NCBI GenBank assembly: GCA_011109175.1 | Contig: RDEW01000022.1 | Span: 925,339 to 989,338, forward strand | From: Dicyema japonicum | Taxonomy: Eukaryota > Animalia > Dicyemida | Direction of reading: 5' to 3' | DNA: 64,000 nucleotides | Shown: in pieces, positions 58,440 to 64,000 of the stretch | Position numbering within the stretch: position 1 is the first letter of the stretch | How the letters are laid out: every line of letters starts with the position of its first letter | Made by a program: the position numbers and the translations under genes | The notes under the pieces: generated by a model | Databases searched by the model: none | Seen by the model: only the letters and a program-made list of their open reading frames with translations | What the model was told of the DNA's origin: nothing

Positions 58440-59110
58440 AAGAAAATTATTATTCAAAGGTAAAAAGTCTCCATTATGACCTGCAGCAATTGAGCACGCA
58501 ATGTGAGTTACCCCTCATGATCGTTACACCAATGTTCTGAAAGAGCCATTATGTCATTCAAAACTCTCCCTTCCGTAGACCTGAAAGCAACTGGATAATC
58601 TTTGTTTTGCTAATGCCAAGCATTTGGATCTCTGAAGGATCCAACTACATTCCTCAATTGTCTTCTTTTACGTCTTCACAGGAATTCTCATTTTACTGCC
58701 GATCTGAATTCCTCCACATGGGCAGCCCTCTCTATGAATGGGTTTCCTAGCTCCTTGCATATACGTAGGAAGCCCTGACCATTTATCAACGTTGAATGGA
58801 GACTTAGGATGGATATGGTTTCTGATTACATATGTCGCATGATATTTCGCTTGAGAGAGTTCACAAGGTCATCCCTCTAAGAAAAAAGAGCGCATCCGCA
58901 TGCAGAACATGCATATTCAATCGTCGGAAGATTTAGAATGCTGATACAAGCTGCAGGCGGGAAAAGGGCTCTTCTTTATGATAGTTTTTAAAACGTTCCA
59001 TTTTCTTAGACCCTTGGTAAACACTTACTCCATGTCACTGGAGAACGTCATAAGAGAATCGACAGTAACTCCAAAGATCTTCTGGATTCGCGTATAAGGA
59101 ATGGGAATGT
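58440..59110 (-). mobile_element. CR1/L2-like LINE 3' fragment
   Basis: RDLGVTVDSLMTFSS..VFTKG...LPTIEYACSA. Its 3' motif AACGATCATGAG..AACTC.CA.TGCGTGCTCAATT.CTGCAGG recurs at ~27055-27100. Confidence 0.6.
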
Positions 59111-59446
59111 TTTCAAAAAAATCTCAAATCCACCTTTAAATCACTTACTTTAAATGAACGTGGCGTCTTCCGTTTCTCCTGTTGCTGTGGTAGCGCTCAG
59201 TGGAAGTTCTGCATCGAAGAAAACCGTTCGACATTCCCTACCTTTCTCAACCTTCAGAATGGTTGCCTACCAACTCATTTAATATTTTAATTTAATTAAT
59301 AAATTTAATTAAAAAATTAAATAAATTAACTATTGGTTTGTTAAATAAATAAAAAAAATTGTAGACGATTTTATTACTTAAGAAGCTTAATTAATCTAAT
59401 TTTATGAATTTGTGTCGCGAGTAGGCTAGGAATAATTGTAATCACA

Positions 59447-62400
59447 CCCTTTTTCTAGATGAACTGCGCGAATGACTCTGAGAAGACTGAAACCTTGAGA
59501 GTCCATCATTATTAGTAAAAACCTAAAAAATGTCTTCAATCTCAGTAACATTTTCCAAAGTCAATATTTTCTGGCGAATTCTCTGCAAATCGTCCACTAA
59601 CCTCTGCTGAGACGTCTCAAACGACTGTCCATAGTCACTGATCGTATCCAGTACCCTATTCTAAGATACTCGAAACCCACAAACTCTTATATTATTAGGA
59701 TCAACAAGCAGAGCTCTTGATTTGTCACTGTGACTTCCCGAGTCGGCAGTGGCTACATCGTAGTTACCCCAGCTATGGCCAGTCCTCATCTCAAATAATC
59801 CCCTGAGTTCGTTATTCTCCTTGTTTTTGTTATTTAATTCGTGTTCTGCCAATCAAATTTGCTACAACCTAGCCTTTCTATCCGCAGAATCATGCAGTTT
59901 ATATCACTAATCTACCATAAGTGACCCCCACTCACCATGGTCTTGTTTTCGGCTTCTAGATCCATCCCATCCCTCATTTGCTGAATCGCACCGTTTTGCT
60001 GCGAAATGTGCTGCTGGGCGACTTGAATCGACTGAAATATGATTTCCACGTGTACATTGGAAATTTCACTGAGCTCGCAGGATTTCAAAAATATCTCGTT
60101 GTGCAGGTTTTCTAACTGTTCGTGGTACTTTTGGTATTCCAGAACAATCCCGTCGTGCATCTTCCGACTTTCAGTTATTTGAGCTTCCAGCCGTTCTATT
60201 TCCGTTCCGTAGACGGATTTCATGTTTTTCATTTCGTTGCAAACCTAAATAGCACAATCCCCAACATTTTCTATTTGCTTAAACTCTTCTTGCAGAAGAG
60301 CTCTCCTATCCTTCAGATTCTCGACTTGTGTGTTTTTCGCTTAAATTACACTCGGATCGCGGTACCCTGGTATTCCGCTTCCAATTCTGCCATTGAGTCT
60401 TGATAATGTTCAAATCTGTCAATGATCGCTTTCAGGTCATCCCGTTTTTGGTTCGTGACACTCTCCAGCTCATTGAGTCCCTGTCTTTCGTTTTCGAAGG
60501 AAACCTTCCGTCTTCTAAAATGAGTGCTTTTAAACTCAGGATGTTGTCTCTGATCCTCAACAACGTCAAATTGAGTCTACGGTAAAATAACCTGAAAACG
60601 GGCGCATTGGCTAAACTCGAATTTTCTCGAATAAGTCTGGTTTGGTGGGACTTTATGTTATCGAGGATTTTCAGCTCGGCGTCTTTTTCTTCCTGGGACC
60701 ATTACATACTAAGGTCACTATGAATTTCCGAATCTCCTTCGAATTCCGAGTTAAATCCGAATTCAAAACTTCCAGTTCTTTTTCCTTCTCGAATATTTGA
60801 TTCCTGATCTCTTCAAGCCGCTGTCCTTCTCTACGAGTTTTGTCAGAAATTTCAGTGAATTCCATCAAAGTAAGGGACCGCTGTTTATCCAGGTTCTGGG
60901 ATTTTAAATGAGGGAGTACTTCCAACTCGAGATTTTTACTATCCAATGTAATTTCGAGCTCCGTGATTGACCTCTGAAGCTGAGAAGCCTGATCTTCGCG
61001 TTGGGACTCGATGAGACTGTAGTCGTGTTCGAACGAGGTTCTGTTGGATCTCATCACCTCATACTTTTCCATTTCCCTTGTGATCTAAGGATTTTACATT
61101 CCTAGAGACCCTCGATTCGAGGTCCTTCAAGGTAATTGACCGTTCTAATATCTCCCTGTCCAGTTCCCCGACATTGTTGTACTTCGCCAATGTGAACTCC
61201 GAAACCTCGTCTGACTCCTTTTTCAAATCAGAGATTCTAATTTTTAGAGATTCCCATACGCTCCCTCGATGTGTTCGCATTCGCTAACCAAATTGTTATA
61301 TTCGGCATTCTTGGTCTCCAAGATCTGGTTTTACGGAGAACTTACATTTAACAGTTTTTTCAGCTTTTCGTGTTCCAAAGATATGCGGTTCTTGTTGTCT
61401 TCCAACTCACTCTTTTGCTTTTGGAGCTCCACCATGGCCAGCTGAATCATCTTGTTGACCTCCATGTTTTGATTTCTGAGTTTTCCTTGGCTGCTAACCA
61501 AGTTTCCAATTTCGTACTGTTCAGCTGTTTTCTGATTTCTGAGTTCCCCCAACTTTATTTAATGACCCTCGGCTACTTTGTTATTTTGGTCTTCAATCTC
61601 TGATTTAGTCTTCGATATCTTGCTCTCCCACGAGCTCAATTCCTCGGTCTTCCGACTGATCTGCTCCTTAAGCTGGTTAAGTTCCCCCGTTAGTCTGACT
61701 TTCTCGGCGATAATCGACCTTAAATGGGAAGAAGAGGACTACTCGTTAAGGAGATGCTGAGACTTGTTTGATTCGATTTCTTGTACAAGACGCTCAAAGT
61801 CCCTAATTTTCTACTCGTAAATTAGTTTTTTACATTTTCGTGCTCTGAAATGCTGCAGAATGGGATTTTGTCTAAATTTAGTTTCTCCCCCAAACCTCTC
61901 ATTCGCTTGTAGAAGTTCTTGACAATGGAATAGATCTTTGTCTTAGTCTACAATGGCTTAGGAATTTATACCCCGGCCTCCTTTACATCCATGTTCTCAG
62001 TAATCATCTCAAAGAAGTTGAAATCTGCTAAATAATGGGGGGTACCGTTCAAATTCATTATTTCCAGAAAGTTGTTGCGAAATTCAGTCAAATCTTCAAT
62101 TACCTCCGCCATTTCCTTAACTCGGCGATCCCTCTCGTCTTGGAGTGAACATAAAAGAAACCCAAAATATTTTCGTTGCTGTTATTTTTGCTCTCCTTCT
62201 CGGCTATCAACTTGTCCTTCTCCTAATGAGGGCGCTTAAATTCTCGTTTTTTAGGTTCAATCCGACGTTGTCCTCTTTAAGTCCCTTCTTTGATAATAAA
62301 CTCATCAGGGGTACATTTTCCACCTCCAGTCGATTTAGATTTAAAATCCCTACTTCTCGGCTTTTATTGGCCTCCCTCAGCTTATCGGTCATCGCTCTCA

Positions 62401-64000
62401 GTTCGTCGTTCATCAATTGAACCTACAAGTCACGGAATCACCGACCAAGATTTTCCTGTTTGTCGCGGAAGTATTTATTCTGTTCTTCAACCTTTGAAGT
62501 TCAGTAAACAGTCCCTGACAAAGCCCATCCGTCACAGATTGGGAATCCCCTGAATCGGAATAACTGGTTTGATTGCTTAAACTAAATTTATTAGAGCAAC
62601 ATTGACTCAGAGTGGGCAAAGCTCACACTATTTTTGGAAACCCCACGTGCAAGTCGATAGTTGCCGAGATCTAATGTGACTCAGTCAAATATACTTTTCT
62701 CGGATTCAGAGTTACTCCCGTTGCATTGACTCAGGATTTCAAATACCTTTTCCTTAATTCCTTCCAAAGAAGTTTTGTTGTCATCCTAAAGTGACTGAGA
62801 TCGAAACCTCGTCATTTTTGAGTATGTTGTTTATCAGTTCTAGTTTTCGTAGACCGTTGTTGTCGTAGTCACATTTGCCGTCCCCTTTATAATGATTTCC
62901 TGCGGAGTTTAAACCAATAGCATACAGAGGAGTCATCAAAGCTTTGCTTGGNTTGTCGCGGAGGTATTTATTCTGTTCTTCAACCTTTGAAGTTCAGTAA
63001 ACAGTCGCTGACAAAGCCCATCCGTCACAGATTGGGAATCCCCCGAATCGGAATAATTAGTTTGATTGCTTAAACTAAATTTATTAGGCAACATTGACTC
63101 AGAGTGGGCAAAGCTCACACTATTTTTGGAAACCCCACGTGCAAGTCGATAGTTGCCGAGATCTAAGGTGACTCAGTAAATATACTTTTCTCAGATTCAG
63201 AGTTACTCCCGTTGCATTGACTCAGGATTTCAAATACTTTTTCCTCAATTCCTTCCGCAGAAGTTTTGTTGTCATCCTAAAGTGACTGAGATCCCGCAAC
63301 CTCGTCATTTTTAAGTATGTTGTTTATCAGTTCTAGTTTCCGTAGACCGTTATTGTCGTAGTCACATTTTCCGTCCCCCTTTATAACAATTTCCTGCGGA
63401 GTTTAAACCAATAGCATACAGAGGAGTCATCAAAGCTTTGCTTGGATGCCTCACTATCTGAGATCTCTACTTGACTGAACTTGATCCTCGAATAATCATG
63501 CTTCATGCTGTCCAGGAAATTGCTCAATTTTTTGTTGTCTTCCATCAGTCGTTCGATTGTCTAAGGGTGAGCATAACCCATGACTTTTTCAAGATCTTCA
63601 TTCCTTTGAGCCTTGTTGTGCATTTCCGACACATTTTGCTCGAATTTGAATAAAGTCTCCATTAATTGGTCATTGATGGTGATCAGCCGGTTATTTGCTG
63701 CTTCCTTCTCCTCAATTTGAGATTCCAAATTGTTTATGACATTTCGAAGATGACTAATGATCGTGTCCAACTCTTTTTCGTACAGTTCTTCCACGTCATC
63801 GGCATCTTTGGCTACCGGGGAAGCAAATATTAAGTACCTTCCAAGTCCATCTCCAATTTTTTGACTTCCGCTGTCTCTTGTTGGATTTTATCAACGACTT
63901 TGGTCAAGTTGACCTTGATCTATTTTTTACTTCGGCGTAATTCGACCAGATTGTTCTCAACGTTAACAATTTGCTCAGCAACGTCCTTCTATAATGTACT
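59447..64000 (-). CDS. Long multi-exon coiled-coil protein gene(s), starting beyond the window end
   Basis: Successive E/K/L/Q-rich heptad ORFs on the minus strand (63561-63794, 62207-62619, 61331-61552, 60671-61280, 59661-60232) separated by micro-introns. Identity not recognised; may be more than one gene. Confidence 0.6.
62457..63444. repeat. ~495-bp direct duplication with a single N at the junction (62952)
   Basis: 62457-62950 and 62953-63444 are near-identical with scattered SNPs and indels. Confidence 0.95.

Noticed and set aside
62457-63444. 495-bp tandem duplication as a real exon duplication
   Set aside because: A lone N sits exactly at the junction and the copies differ like alleles, so this is most likely two overlapping haplotype contig ends joined by scaffolding.

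Overview
Eukaryotic, AT-rich genomic window from a compact-genome animal. Host genes carry many 22-30 nt GT-AG micro-introns and the rRNA is strongly divergent. My inference is a parasitic lineage such as a myxozoan cnidarian or a dicyemid; this is not verified. Recognisable host genes: core-2/I-branching GlcNAc transferase (GT14), Arp2, EXOC3/Sec6, a cathepsin L-like protease, a SUCO-type SUN protein, a divergent H2A.Z, class 2 DHODH, the C-terminal half of a DOCK GEF, a tetraspanin, a long coiled-coil gene and tRNA-Gly(TCC). There is also an orphan 5'-truncated 28S rDNA with IGS-like subrepeats. Much of the remaining sequence is mobile-element debris: one near-complete RTE LINE with a 9-bp TSD plus short deleted derivatives, R4/Dong-like RLE elements, four CRE-like 3' ends, Jockey/CR1/I-like fragments, and pogo, hAT, Tc1/IS630-like and possibly Ginger-like DNA transposons. 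The least explained features are (i) a ~1.8 kb module at 18.4-20.3 kb bounded by inverted repeats and containing a 90-bp tandem array and a TTAGGG-core array, and (ii) a ~300-bp non-tRNA SINE-like family with about six pieces in the window. Single-base frameshifts in homopolymers of conserved genes suggest uncorrected long-read errors. All translations and alignments were done by eye, and boundaries of degenerate elements are approximate.
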